A stretch of DNA of 64,000 nt from an uncultured Chloroflexia bacterium (lineage in GTDB: Bacteria; Chloroflexota; UBA6077; JACCZL01): assembly GCA_963765765.1 (NCBI GenBank), contig CAVXYC010000030.1, forward strand, positions 224,001 through 288,000, written 5' to 3'. Positions 1 through 9,638 of the stretch are shown here, in pieces. The position numbers and the translations under genes were made by a program. The first letter of the stretch is position 1. The number at the start of each line of letters is the position of its first letter. The notes beneath the pieces are model-generated. The model worked only from the letters and a program-made list of their open reading frames with translations. It did not search any database and was not told the origin of the DNA.

Positions 1-1
1 C

Positions 2-802
2 CGAGTGAGCGCATCTCCGACACTGGGCGACGACGGCACCGTGTACGCGGTAGGTGGGCCAGGTAGACTGACCGCGATCTCGCCAGCCGGTCAAACCAAA
101 TGGACCGCGCAGGTAGGCCCGGCCGTCAAAGGATCCCCGGCTATCGGCCCCGATGGCACCATTTACTCTCCCAGCAGCGACGGCAATTTGTACGCGGTGG
201 CCCCACCGAGCGGAACCGGTACCGAAGGCACCGTGCGATGGGCATTCAACTTCGGAGAGCATCTGGGTCCAACCCCGCTTGATGTCGCGGAAGCCTCCGG
301 ACCAGGAGGGGCTGGTGGCGGAGCAAACGGAATCGGCAGCGGTGCCACGCCGATGATCGCGCCGGACGGGATGATCTATATCGGCGCGAATAACAGCAAC
401 TTCTACGCGATTCGGCCCGACGGCTCAATGGCCTGGCTCTACGAGGCAGAGCGTGAGAAGGCTGGTATCTGGACAGCAGCCAATCTCAGCTCGGATAACC
501 AGACGCTGTTCTTTGGTGCAAACAAGGGCGGCATTTACGCGCTGGACCGCGCCAGTGGTCGACTCAAGTGGCAGTTTCCGATCTATGGATCCATCTATGC
601 CTCAACGGCGCTGGATCGCAACGGAACGCTTTACGTTGCAAGCACCGTGGGACACGTCTACGCGCTGGATTCGACGAATGGACAGCCAATTTTCGACTAC
701 GATGCAGGAATGTCTGTCTGGTCAGCACCGGCGATTCGACCGGATGGCTCGATGGTTGTGGCCGATCGCGGTGGTCGGGTAATGCTATTCGCGGCGGGGT
801 AA
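2..802 (+). CDS. PQQ-like/BamB-type beta-propeller repeat protein, 5'-partial
   Basis: Repeated SP(A/T)xxxDGTxY...LYAl...G..kW blades; the frame is open from the window edge. Confidence 0.85.
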   Translation, partial: RVSASPTLGDDGTVYAVGGPGRLTAISPAGQTKWTAQVGPAVKGSPAIGPDGTIYSPSSDGNLYAVAPPSGTGTEGTVRWAFNFGEHLGPTPLDVAEASGPGGAGGGANGIGSGATPMIAPDGMIYIGANNSNFYAIRPDGSMAWLYEAEREKAGIWTAANLSSDNQTLFFGANKGGIYALDRASGRLKWQFPIYGSIYASTALDRNGTLYVASTVGHVYALDSTNGQPIFDYDAGMSVWSAPAIRPDGSMVVADRGGRVMLFAAG

Positions 803-882
803 GGCGCTAACTTTTACGCGAAGCGAGCAACAAGGAGCAGCCGTTAGATAACTCGTTATCGTATTGAGCAATGGAATTGGTG

Positions 883-1656
883 TCACGAGAGATCCGGAAC
901 GACGGCGCACGGTCTTTGTTGCTGCAGCTCGTCATACGAAAACTCCCCCGTCGCCACGGCCAAGCAGCGAACGCCGGCCTGATGCGCCGCGAGGACATCG
1001 CGGGGCGTATCTCCAACCACGACTACGTCGTTTGAGCCGAATCGCGTCGAGAGTATTTGCTCACAGCGTCGAATGGCGCGTCTCACCAGCGTTGAGCGGC
1101 GCATAGCTTCGTCGCCAAATGCCCCAGTGATGAAATAGTGGCGGAGGCGGGCTTGAGCTACGCGGCCCCAGGCAATAGCACCAACGTTGCCGGTCAGCAG
1201 CCCCATCGGTACTTCAAGCTCATGCAGCCGCTCCAGCAGAGCGCGAACGCCGGGCATGACACGATCGAGCGATGAATCAACGGGGCCACGCTCGTACGAC
1301 GCGGCCATCTGTCGGCAGGCTCCAGAGAGCGCGGCACGTGCTTGGTTGGGTGCCATGCCTGCACGCTGAAATAGCTTAGCGAGGATGGCGCGATCAACCA
1401 TCCCGCTCGTACCCGTCCAATCGATCCGATTATGAAACCCACACACGTCTGCGAGCACTTCATCGAAGGCGCGCGAATGGAGTGGATCGCGCGGTTGCAG
1501 CAGGGTCCCGTCCAGATCGAAAAGAATCAGGCGGGTTTTGTCGGCCGGGTGGCTCCCTCGCCCTTTGGGAGAGGGCTGGTGTGAGGGTAGAGCGACATCC
1601 TTCACCGGCGGCGGAGGTCCCTCAACCCAACCCTCTCCCAAAGGGCGAAGGGGCAT
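883..1656 (-). CDS. HAD-family hydrolase (phosphoglycolate phosphatase-like); N-terminus overlaps a palindromic repeat
   Basis: LILFDLDGTL motif I, LLTGN motif II, VVGDTPRD motif IV. Confidence 0.85.
   Translation of the reverse strand: MPLRPLGEGWVEGPPPPVKDVALPSHQPSPKGRGSHPADKTRLILFDLDGTLLQPRDPLHSRAFDEVLADVCGFHNRIDWTGTSGMVDRAILAKLFQRAGMAPNQARAALSGACRQMAASYERGPVDSSLDRVMPGVRALLERLHELEVPMGLLTGNVGAIAWGRVAQARLRHYFITGAFGDEAMRRSTLVRRAIRRCEQILSTRFGSNDVVVVGDTPRDVLAAHQAGVRCLAVATGEFSYDELQQQRPCAVVPDLS
1552..1654. repeat. Palindromic doublet, CCCTCTCCC-AAAGGG family (family A)
   Basis: Roughly 36-bp imperfect inverted arms at 1552-1587 and 1619-1654; related copies at 18459 and 63221. Confidence 0.85.
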
Positions 1657-1662
1657 CGACGG

Positions 1663-1923
1663 CTACGCGTCGATGATTCCGGCTTCCACCAACGCGGCTT
1701 GCAAGGCCTGACGATCCGGGTTCACCATCCATTTACCATCGACGTCAATCGTGGGAACAATGCGATAGCCGCCTGTAAGCTCTTCGATCTTAGGACCGAA
1801 ATCGGGGTATTCCTCGATGTCGATCTCCTCGTAGGCGACGCCTTTGCTATCTAGAAAACGCTTCGCCAGGCGACAGTACCCGCACCAGGTGGTGGTAAAC
1901 ATTCGCACCGTCTTGTCCGCCAT
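1663..1923 (-). CDS. Glutaredoxin-like protein, mycoredoxin (Mrx1)/NrdH-like
   Basis: 86 aa with TTTWCGYC active site and IVPTI cis-Pro motif. Confidence 0.8.
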   Translation of the reverse strand: MADKTVRMFTTTWCGYCRLAKRFLDSKGVAYEEIDIEEYPDFGPKIEELTGGYRIVPTIDVDGKWMVNPDRQALQAALVEAGIIDA

Positions 1924-2179
1924 TGGCCCCCTCCGTCCATTTGCCCCAATTGGTCTTCATCATAACGAAAGGTCTGATTCAGCGCCGTCATTCGTACAAC
2001 GTACGGCTCATCCCTTCATTGAGATGGACCTATAAATCCTGGGCTCACTCATGCTAACTCTCATTCCTCAGTATCAATTCCCAGGCCGCCTTGTGACTCG
2101 TTGCGCAAGGAGCTGACTCATCAACCCGTCTAACAGCTTGCTGACGCTCAACCAATGATCGACCCGCGAGTCTGTCACG

Positions 2180-3054
2180 TATGCGGCGCTTGAGATCTTC
2201 CGAGAACTGGGTATCCGCGAGCGTGAGGGAGACACGCACAGCGTTACTGGCGGAATAGCTCTGGTTTAAGGGCGACTATCGTGACGCTCTGGAGATGGCG
2301 CGTGACGCGAGATCGCTTCATGAGGAGCTCGTCATTCGGCGCTACCAGGCTCACGATTGGTTGGTTGATGGCATGGCGTTGGCTTCACTGGGTCATGTGC
2401 GCGAAGCGGTGACGCTCTTAAGCGATTCGGTTGAGCTGGCGGATCAGCTCGACCATCCTGAATGGGTGGCGCATGCGCTCATTCCATTCGGCGTTGTTCA
2501 TCGATCGATGCGGCGGCTGCGCAAAGCCCGTCAGGCGTTCACTCGCGCCGCTGATCTAGGTGATCAGATTGGGGCTGGCTTGTGGGCGCAGCTCGGATGC
2601 GTAGGCTAAGTTTCACGGCCCTGCTCGAGCGAAAAGTGGACGAGGCAGAGCTAAGTTTCGGAACCGTGCTGAGTGCGCCTGAAGAGCTTCAGGATCCACG
2701 CGCGGGGCTATGACCGGCATGGGGTCTCTGGAGTTAGAGCGGGGCAATCTTCATCTCGCGCACGATTGATCCTGCTCGGCCATAGAGATATCCGAAGCGG
2801 CGCCGTACATGGACGCGCTGCTTGAGGCGCAATTGCTTCGTGCCCGCACGCTGCTGGCCCTCGGTAAGCCAGATGATGCGTGGGCGCTACTCACACAGGT
2901 TCACGGCCACGCACGGGAAATTGGCGCCCGGCCGATGGAGGCGCAAGCGAGAAGAGCACTGGGCGAAATGAAAATCGAAAAGTTAAGAGCTCAAGGTGAA
3001 CAGTTGGGCACTGATGAAGTGACATCAAGACCAACTCTTCACTCTGACTTCTAA
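2180..3054 (+). pseudogene. Degraded TPR-repeat protein remnant
   Basis: TPR-like helices (ALEIFRELG, ALASLGHVREA, ARQAFTRA, AREIGARPMEAQARRALG) broken by several stops and frameshifts. Confidence 0.55.
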
Positions 3055-3062
3055 CTCTTCAC
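2977..3062. repeat. Imperfect inverted repeat built of GAAGAGTTAAG/CTAACTCTTC units (family F)
   Basis: Arms at about 2977-3007 and 3031-3062; similar element at 24471-24520. Confidence 0.5.
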
Positions 3063-3091
3063 GTCTCCTAAACCTCTGATATACCACCCTC

Positions 3092-3772
3092 ATGAGCTCA
3101 GTAGACATTCTCTCGCAGGACATCATCTCCTGCACCCGCTGCCCTCGCCTGGTGGAGTGGTGTCGCCAGGTGGCGATCCAAAAGAAGCGTGAATATCGGG
3201 ATTGGGACTATTGGGGAAAACCTATCCCGCCGCTTGGTCGGGCAGACGCGAAGCTGCTTGTTGTGGGCCTTGCGCCTGCGGCGCACGGGGGCACACGTAC
3301 CGGGCGTGTGTTTACCGGAGATAGCTCGGGGGACTTCCTGTTCGCGGCCTTGCATCGGGCCGGTTTCGCCAACCAGCCGACATCTCGGCATCGGGACGAC
3401 GGCCTCGAGCTGATCGATGCATACATCACGGCCGTCGCCCGCTGTGCCCCCCCGGCCAACAAGCCTACTCCGTATGAGCTGGCAGCCTGCCAACCGTACT
3501 TGCTTCGTGAGATCGAGCTTCTCACCGAGCTGCGTGCTGTGATCTGTCTTGGAAAGATCGCGTTCGATCACTACCTGGCCGCGCTTCGGAAAGCTGGGCA
3601 CACCATTCCGCGCCTTGAGTTTGGCCATGCGCGCGTGCATGACCTCGGCTCAGACCTGCCCACGTTGATCGCCTCATATCACCCAAGTCGACAGAACACC
3701 AATACCGGCCGGCTGACTAAGCCAATGTTTGACGCGGTGTTCGATCTGGCCCGTAAATCGATTGATTGCTGA
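3092..3772 (+). CDS. udgB: Uracil-DNA glycosylase family 5 (UdgB type, 4Fe-4S)
   Basis: CTRCPRL, GLAPAAHGGTRTGRVFTGDSSG, RCAPPANKP, YHPSRQN motifs. Confidence 0.9.
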   Translation: MSSVDILSQDIISCTRCPRLVEWCRQVAIQKKREYRDWDYWGKPIPPLGRADAKLLVVGLAPAAHGGTRTGRVFTGDSSGDFLFAALHRAGFANQPTSRHRDDGLELIDAYITAVARCAPPANKPTPYELAACQPYLLREIELLTELRAVICLGKIAFDHYLAALRKAGHTIPRLEFGHARVHDLGSDLPTLIASYHPSRQNTNTGRLTKPMFDAVFDLARKSIDC

Positions 3773-3881
3773 GGATCGCACTCCGAGATCGCGTCACGAG
3801 CGCATCACGAGAAGTCGATTTGGACCTGCTTTGTACGCTCAGCACAATGCCGTTTACGACTGCGCGGCGTATCGTCATCCC

Positions 3882-4205
3882 ATGGCAGCTTCATCAACTC
3901 AGGTCTACTCCACATTGCGGGTCCTCCGCGAGCATGGCCTCCAGGTTGCCTCGCTCGGGGACCGCCTCACCTGCGCCGTACCCGCCTCTATGTCCGCTGA
4001 TAACGTGATCGGTTGGGTTCGAAATCATCGTGAACGAATCTTGCAAATCCTCTCCATAGAGGATGGGCAGCTCCTGGCTCCATCTGAGCTCTCGCTTCAG
4101 CATCTTTACTACGTCCGCTACTGCGTGCACCGAGGTCTGCTGAGCGAGCTTGTCACCACGGGTCGAACCCGACGGAAGGCCGAGCCGCTGGCTATCGCGG
4201 TCTAG
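3882..4205 (+). CDS. Small hypothetical protein, TubC N-terminal docking-domain-like
   Basis: LREHGLQVASLGDRL...VRNHRERILQIL pattern; start codon uncertain. Confidence 0.45.
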   Translation: MAASSTQVYSTLRVLREHGLQVASLGDRLTCAVPASMSADNVIGWVRNHRERILQILSIEDGQLLAPSELSLQHLYYVRYCVHRGLLSELVTTGRTRRKAEPLAIAV

Positions 4206-4248
4206 CCGTTTACGCCCGGGCCGATGCGCTTCAGACGAGCCGATGGCG

Positions 4249-4923
4249 CTAGCGCGGACCGCTCGGTTGGATGAGCTTCAACACGTCTGCCACCTCCTCC
4301 AGGCCTGAGACGATGGCGTAGCACTCGTACAGGTGGAGGCTGGCACCCGAATGCGTGGGGAAGCCAATTGGCGACATTCCCGCCGCGCGCGCCGCCAGGA
4401 CGCCGTTGATGGAGTCCTCGATTACCGCGCACCTGCGTGGGGCGACGCTGAGCAGCTCCGCACAGCGGAGAAAGACTTCAGGGTGCGGTTTACCGGCGGT
4501 GACCTCATCACCACCAACCAGCACCGAAACGAACTCACGCAGCGCTAGCCGATGGAGCACGAGGTCTACCCACGCATGATTGCTGGATGAGCCCACGGCG
4601 CACGGTACGCTGCGCTCGGCAAGCTCTGACATCAGCGTCGCGGCGCCCGCGACGGCTTTAAGTTGACCGCCGAAAACTCGCGCCTCCTCGATGCGTGACT
4701 CGCGTACGTAGTAGTCGACGTCTCGCGAGAGCCCCAGCAGTGGGATGAGCTCCGCGAGCATCTCGGGATAGCGCAGGCCGCTGTAGTTCGCTGCAGTAAG
4801 GGCGTCGAGCACGCGGCCCTCCCGTGCAAAGACCGCGTTTGTGGCAGCCAGATAGAGCGGCTCCGAATCGATCAAGACGCCATCGAAGTCGAATATCACG
4901 GCGTCGAAGAGGCAAGGTGGCAT
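4249..4923 (-). CDS. HAD-family phosphatase (beta-PGM/CbbY-like)
   Basis: VIFDFDGVLIDSE, GSSS, GKPHPEVF, IEDSINGV; ATG at 4923 preferred over the longer ORF. Confidence 0.9.
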   Translation of the reverse strand: MPPCLFDAVIFDFDGVLIDSEPLYLAATNAVFAREGRVLDALTAANYSGLRYPEMLAELIPLLGLSRDVDYYVRESRIEEARVFGGQLKAVAGAATLMSELAERSVPCAVGSSSNHAWVDLVLHRLALREFVSVLVGGDEVTAGKPHPEVFLRCAELLSVAPRRCAVIEDSINGVLAARAAGMSPIGFPTHSGASLHLYECYAIVSGLEEVADVLKLIQPSGPR

Positions 4924-4948
4924 GGGAACAAGTGTATAAGAGCCCACT

Positions 4949-4995
4949 CCGTCTCCCTCCCTGTCGCAGCGGGGAGGGAGACGGTGGGGGCCCTC
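4949..4995. repeat. Single palindromic unit CTCCCTCCCTGYCGCAGCGGGGAGGG (family E)
   Basis: Forms a hairpin and matches the arms at 48663-48775. Confidence 0.65.
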
Positions 4996-5195
4996 GTAGT
5001 TCGCCCTCAGTTGCCAAATCTGCTTGCGCTCGATCCCGATTCGTGTACGATAACCGCGAGCCGCAAGGCTCTTAGTTTTCCACTGGAGCGCCTTTGTCCG
5101 TCCGAATTTAGCGGTGTGGTCACCTGGCGGCGCAGCTTTGCCCCTATCGGTTGACCACGTGCCAGACATCACGAGAGTCGTGATGTCTGGTTGGC

Positions 5196-6338
5196 GTGCC
5201 CACCACATTCCGCCCCGCGATTCGAAGAAGGACAACTTCCTTGCGCTCCAAAACTCCTGAAGCACGGCCGGTTAGTGCCGGCTCGACAATCCTGACGCTT
5301 GAAGATCTCGGCTGGCAGCCTTGGTTTGCCGAGCATCTGCCTGTCGAAGCACCAGATAAACTCAGCCTTGGCCGCGTGTCCATTGGGTATCGCGACCAGG
5401 TCCGTCTCATCACCATCCAGGGCGAGCACAACGCCCGATTCGGCGCGGGACTGAGCCGTGATGGTTTGCCCGCTGTGGGCGACTGGGTGCTCATTTCCCC
5501 ACGTTCTGAATCGTCCGAGGCCGCCGTGCAGGTTGTTCTGCCGAGGCGCACGTCATTTTCGCGAAAGACTACCGGGGATGCTGCAGTAGAGCAGGTCGTC
5601 GCTGCTAACGTCGATACGGTGTTCCTGGTCGAGCCGTGCCCTGCACTGAACCCGCGTCGTCTGGAACGCACTCTTGTGGCGGCGTGGTCCAGCGGTGCCC
5701 GACCCGTCATCATTCTGAGCAAATCCGATCTCGTGGCGGATGACGATGTGCAACGTCATAAAGCCGAGCGTATCGGACACGGTGTGCCCGTGCTCGTGAT
5801 CAGCACACTTGTCGATTCAGGCCTCGATGCTGTGCTCGAATATTGCCAGCGTGGGCAAACTATTGCGCTCATCGGAAGCTCGGGAGCCGGTAAGTCTACA
5901 TTGGTCAATCGGCTCGTTGGATCGGAGGTGGCTCGCACCGGGGCGGTCCGAAAGCATGACGGGCGGGGCCGCCACACGACGTCACACCGAGAGCTGATAC
6001 GACTGCCACATGGCGGACTCATCATCGATACGCCTGGCCTGCGCGAGCTACAGCTTTGGGATGCCCATGAAGGAATAGTTCGAGCGTTTGACGATATCGA
6101 GACGCTCGCCCAGCAATGTCGCTTTCGGGACTGTAGCCACGGAACAGAAGCCGATTGCGCGGTGCGCTTGGCTGTTGAGATTGGCTCACTCGACTCGAAG
6201 CGGCTACGCAGTTATCAGAAGTTGAACAGAGAGCTTCAGCACGTCGAATCCAAATTCGATCAGCGCCTTCGAGACCAGACGAAACAGCGCGATCGCGTGA
6301 TTCATCGGCAGATGCGCCATTACCGCCCTCGCGACTGA
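5196..6338 (+). CDS. rsgA: Ribosome small subunit-dependent GTPase A
   Basis: Circularly permuted G motifs SKSD, GSSGAGKST, GRHTT, DTPG; Zn finger CRFRDCSHGTEADC; true start probably further downstream. Confidence 0.93.
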   Translation: MPTTFRPAIRRRTTSLRSKTPEARPVSAGSTILTLEDLGWQPWFAEHLPVEAPDKLSLGRVSIGYRDQVRLITIQGEHNARFGAGLSRDGLPAVGDWVLISPRSESSEAAVQVVLPRRTSFSRKTTGDAAVEQVVAANVDTVFLVEPCPALNPRRLERTLVAAWSSGARPVIILSKSDLVADDDVQRHKAERIGHGVPVLVISTLVDSGLDAVLEYCQRGQTIALIGSSGAGKSTLVNRLVGSEVARTGAVRKHDGRGRHTTSHRELIRLPHGGLIIDTPGLRELQLWDAHEGIVRAFDDIETLAQQCRFRDCSHGTEADCAVRLAVEIGSLDSKRLRSYQKLNRELQHVESKFDQRLRDQTKQRDRVIHRQMRHYRPRD

Positions 6339-6521
6339 TGCGCGGCTCGCGCTGAGACGGGATCTGGGTGGTGGGCCGGCTGGGAAATTGTGCAGCGATG
6401 CACACCTTTTTGCAGGCGGCATGGCATCGATGATGCTCTAACGGCTCCCCGCGACTCCGCCGCTGGCCCCGACGGAGATGGAGTCGCGGATTCTGGACTG
6501 GATAGAGGCACTTCGAGTTCG

Positions 6522-7611
6522 ATGACCACTCTCAGTAGCCACGACCTCGTGAAGTCGATCGCTCAACGCTTGTCGGATATTTTGGAAGCCCCAGGTCATT
6601 GCATTTGATGATCGAGGAGGCGTGCTGGCTTCAGCCAAGCCGCCTCTGGCGCCATCGCCGGACGGCGACGCATTTCGGGTCAGTGTTCGACTCGATGGAC
6701 TTGATGTTCCGCTCCTTGTTCGACCGACGCTGCTTGACGAGCCGATTTCGGAGCGTCTCGTTCAGGCTCTGGCATGCCTGCTGGGGGAGCAGGCGGCGGC
6801 AGTAGATCGCCTGCCAATTATCAATCAGCTCAAAAATCAGTTCATCCACAGCCTACTGCGTGGCGAGATCGAGGACGAAGATCACGTCCTGCGCGAGGGT
6901 CAAATACTTGGTATGGATGTATCTCGCCCTCGGTCGGTGCTGCTTATCGATGCGTCTGAATTCATCATAGGTCGGGACTCGGGCGACGAGCGCTCTTGCG
7001 AGAACATCGACGTGCAATATCGAGCGCAAACCGTCATCTCAAGTGTTGTGCGCTTCTTTAGCCTCCCCAACGCCACGATCTGCGCCTACATTGGCAATGG
7101 TGAGGTCGCGGTGCTCAAGGCTAGCAGCACACAGGATTTGATGGCATGGGCTGAAGGGCCGGAGCGGATCGACTCTCTCAATCCATCCTGGGCGAACCTC
7201 TACGCACTCAAGCGAGCCGGCCACGCCTTACTAACACGCCTCCAGGCCGACGTATGCAGCTCAGTGAGCATTGGAATTGGCCGCTTTCACCCTGGGTTGA
7301 AGGGCCTCGCGTGGTCCTTCCGTGACGCGCAGACTGCCCTTGGACTTGGTAAGCGCGTACGCCCCGAATTGCGCGTGCACTGCTTGGACTCACTGGGAGC
7401 CGCGGCGTTTGTCGGTTTGCCCGAGGAAGAGACGAAGGTTGACCTAGCCACCCATCTTCTCACGCCTCTTGGACAGGACGAGGACCTCATCGAAACGCTG
7501 CAGGTCTTCTTTGAAGAAAACTGCTCCCCCAGCCTTTCATCCCGGCAGCTAAACGGGCCTGGTCCAACGCGTCTGCCTATCACGCCAGCAAATGGGGACT
7601 TCTTGGTTTAA
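6522..7611 (+). pseudogene. CdaR/PucR-family regulator; 5' frameshift and C-terminal HTH truncated
   Basis: GGDEF-like CdaR core (SIGIGRFHPG...SFRDAQTAL) and LIETLQVFFEENCS, but the expected IHRNTLxYRL helix is missing. Confidence 0.75.
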
Positions 7612-7841
7612 GCCATGCCATGCACGTGGAAGGTCGGCCGTGCGGAATAAAGGTGACGGCCATTGTGTCCGGTGGTATGCGCACACCGTTCTTGCTCGAC
7701 CGATTCCCGGATCTGGATCCGGCGGTGCTGCAAGAACCGTCAACCGTGGCCAGAACCGTGGTCTTCGCGCTGACGCAGCCGGCAGAGTCGGTGATTCCGG
7801 AGCTGATGATTCTGCCGATGCGTGAATCATCCTGGCCGTAG
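7545..7841 (+). pseudogene. C-terminal half of an SDR oxidoreductase
   Basis: Frame reads AAKRAWSNASAYHASKWGLLGLSHAMHVEGR with the YxxxK motif; no N-terminal Rossmann half. Confidence 0.8.
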
Positions 7842-7850
7842 CGACACCCG

Positions 7851-9536
7851 GTGCATGTAGTGAGCGGCCTATATCCCGCCGTGTTCATCGACAAGGATGG
7901 CACGCTGGTGGAAGATGTTCCCTACAACGTGGATCCCGAGCGCATTCGGCTCATGCCCGGGGCGGAGCGGCTCCGCGAGCTCATAGCAATCGGGTACCAG
8001 CTTGTCGTGATCTCCAATCAGTCGGGCATCGCACGCGGCTACTTCGACGAGGACGCGCTTGCATCGTCGGTTCGGGGGCTCGAAACGCTTCTGCGTAGGA
8101 TCGAGGTGCCTTTGGCGAGCTTCTACTACTGTCCCCATCATCCAAACGGTCGCGTTGAGAAGTATCGGCTGGAATGCGCTTGTCGCAAGCCGAGCTCGGG
8201 ATTGATCGAACGAGCGGCCATAGAGCTGCGGCTGGATCTGGGCAGATCGTGGATGGTCGGCGACATTCTCGACGACGTGGAAGCTGGGTGCCGAGCCGGC
8301 TGCCGGACCGTGCACATCGATAGTGGACACGAGACAGAGTGGATCCTAGCGCCTGATCGCATGCCGCACCGGACCGTGGCGAACCTCGGTGGCGCGGTCG
8401 ACGCTATCCTGGCGGCCGGACGTCACGACCAACCGGGACATACGATTGCGCCCTGGCAATCCGCGCGCAACATCCTGTGTGTTCGCCTCGACACGCTGGG
8501 TGACGTGCTCATGACCACACCAGCGATCCGTGCGCTCAAGGAGTCGCACGCTGACCGCCACATCACGCTGCTCACATCGGGTGTGGGGGCACAGGTGGCA
8601 GCGCTCGTCCCTGAGATTGACGATGTTATTGAGTTTGACGCTCCGTGGATGAAGGGACGCTCAGGATTGGGTGGCGACCAGGCGGTCATCGACGAGCTCG
8701 AAAGACGGGAGTTTGATGCCGCGGTGCTCTTCAGCGTCTACTCGCAAAATATCTGGGCCAGCGCATTGCTTTGTAGACTCGCCGGTATTCCACTTCGGCT
8801 CGGTCATTCACGAGAGAATCCATATGACCTGCTCACGGATTGGGTTCCTGAGTTTGAGCCGGAGAGCTTTGTCAGGCATGAGGTGCAGCGCCAGGTGGAG
8901 CTTGTTGAGCGGATCGGCGTATCTACGAATGATCTTCGGTTGTCTCTCACTGTCTCAGAGAAAGCGGATGACCGGTGTGGAGGCAGGCTTCAAGCGGCGG
9001 GCGTCGATCTCTCCCGGCCATGGGTGCTCATTCACCCCGGTTCACGGGCAGCATCTCGACGGTATCCACCGGAGATGTTCGCCCAAGCAGCACGGACGCT
9101 GGTGCTGGAAGACGGCTGGCAGGTCTGCTTCAGTGGCTCCTGCGATGAAATGCTGCTCGTGGAAGAGATTCGCAGCCAGATGGACGCCCCGAGCTGTTCA
9201 CTGGCCGGACCGATGGAACTGGAGGAGCTGGCAGGCATCATAAGTCGCGCTCCACTTCTCATCACCAATAACACCGGCCCCGCGCACATCGCGGCGGCAT
9301 TGGGAACTGCGCAAGTCACCATCTACGCGCAAACGAACCCTCAGCACATGCCCTGGCATAGCGCTGCTCGGGTCCTGAAACGAGACGTCGCTTGTCGATA
9401 CTGCTACCGCAGTGCCTGCCCGGAAGAACATCACGATTGCCTGAGACTTATTCAGCCCGATGAAGTGGTCCGGGCGGCACGGGGAATGATGGTGGTGCGA
9501 ATGGATGTCCAGGCTTTCGTGCCCGATAAGGTGTAG
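7851..9536 (+). CDS. Fusion of GmhB-like HAD-IIIA phosphatase and GT9 (heptosyltransferase-like) glycosyltransferase
   Basis: FIDKDGTL, SNQSG, CPHH...CACRKP, GDILDD, then VRLDTLGDVLMTTPA and NNTGPAHIAAALG. Confidence 0.85.
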   Translation: MHVVSGLYPAVFIDKDGTLVEDVPYNVDPERIRLMPGAERLRELIAIGYQLVVISNQSGIARGYFDEDALASSVRGLETLLRRIEVPLASFYYCPHHPNGRVEKYRLECACRKPSSGLIERAAIELRLDLGRSWMVGDILDDVEAGCRAGCRTVHIDSGHETEWILAPDRMPHRTVANLGGAVDAILAAGRHDQPGHTIAPWQSARNILCVRLDTLGDVLMTTPAIRALKESHADRHITLLTSGVGAQVAALVPEIDDVIEFDAPWMKGRSGLGGDQAVIDELERREFDAAVLFSVYSQNIWASALLCRLAGIPLRLGHSRENPYDLLTDWVPEFEPESFVRHEVQRQVELVERIGVSTNDLRLSLTVSEKADDRCGGRLQAAGVDLSRPWVLIHPGSRAASRRYPPEMFAQAARTLVLEDGWQVCFSGSCDEMLLVEEIRSQMDAPSCSLAGPMELEELAGIISRAPLLITNNTGPAHIAAALGTAQVTIYAQTNPQHMPWHSAARVLKRDVACRYCYRSACPEEHHDCLRLIQPDEVVRAARGMMVVRMDVQAFVPDKV

Positions 9537-9556
9537 TTGAGCGTTCTCCATCACCT

Positions 9557-9600
9557 CCTCTTCGGTGGGACAGTCGTCGACGACTGTCCCACCGAAGAGG
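9557..9600. repeat. Perfect 44-bp palindrome, GTGG-tagged REP family B, between convergent genes
   Basis: cctcttcggtgggacagtcgtc followed by gacgactgtcccaccgaagagg. Confidence 0.9.
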
Positions 9601-9638
9601 TGAGCGTTCGCACTTTCTTAGCCGAGGGTGGGTGGAGT

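Noticed and set aside
2250-2780. In-frame stops in the TPR remnant as recoding (Sec or Pyl)
   Set aside because: Mixed TAG, TAA and TGA plus frameshifts, with no Cys-motif context or SECIS-like hairpin; ordinary decay is more likely.
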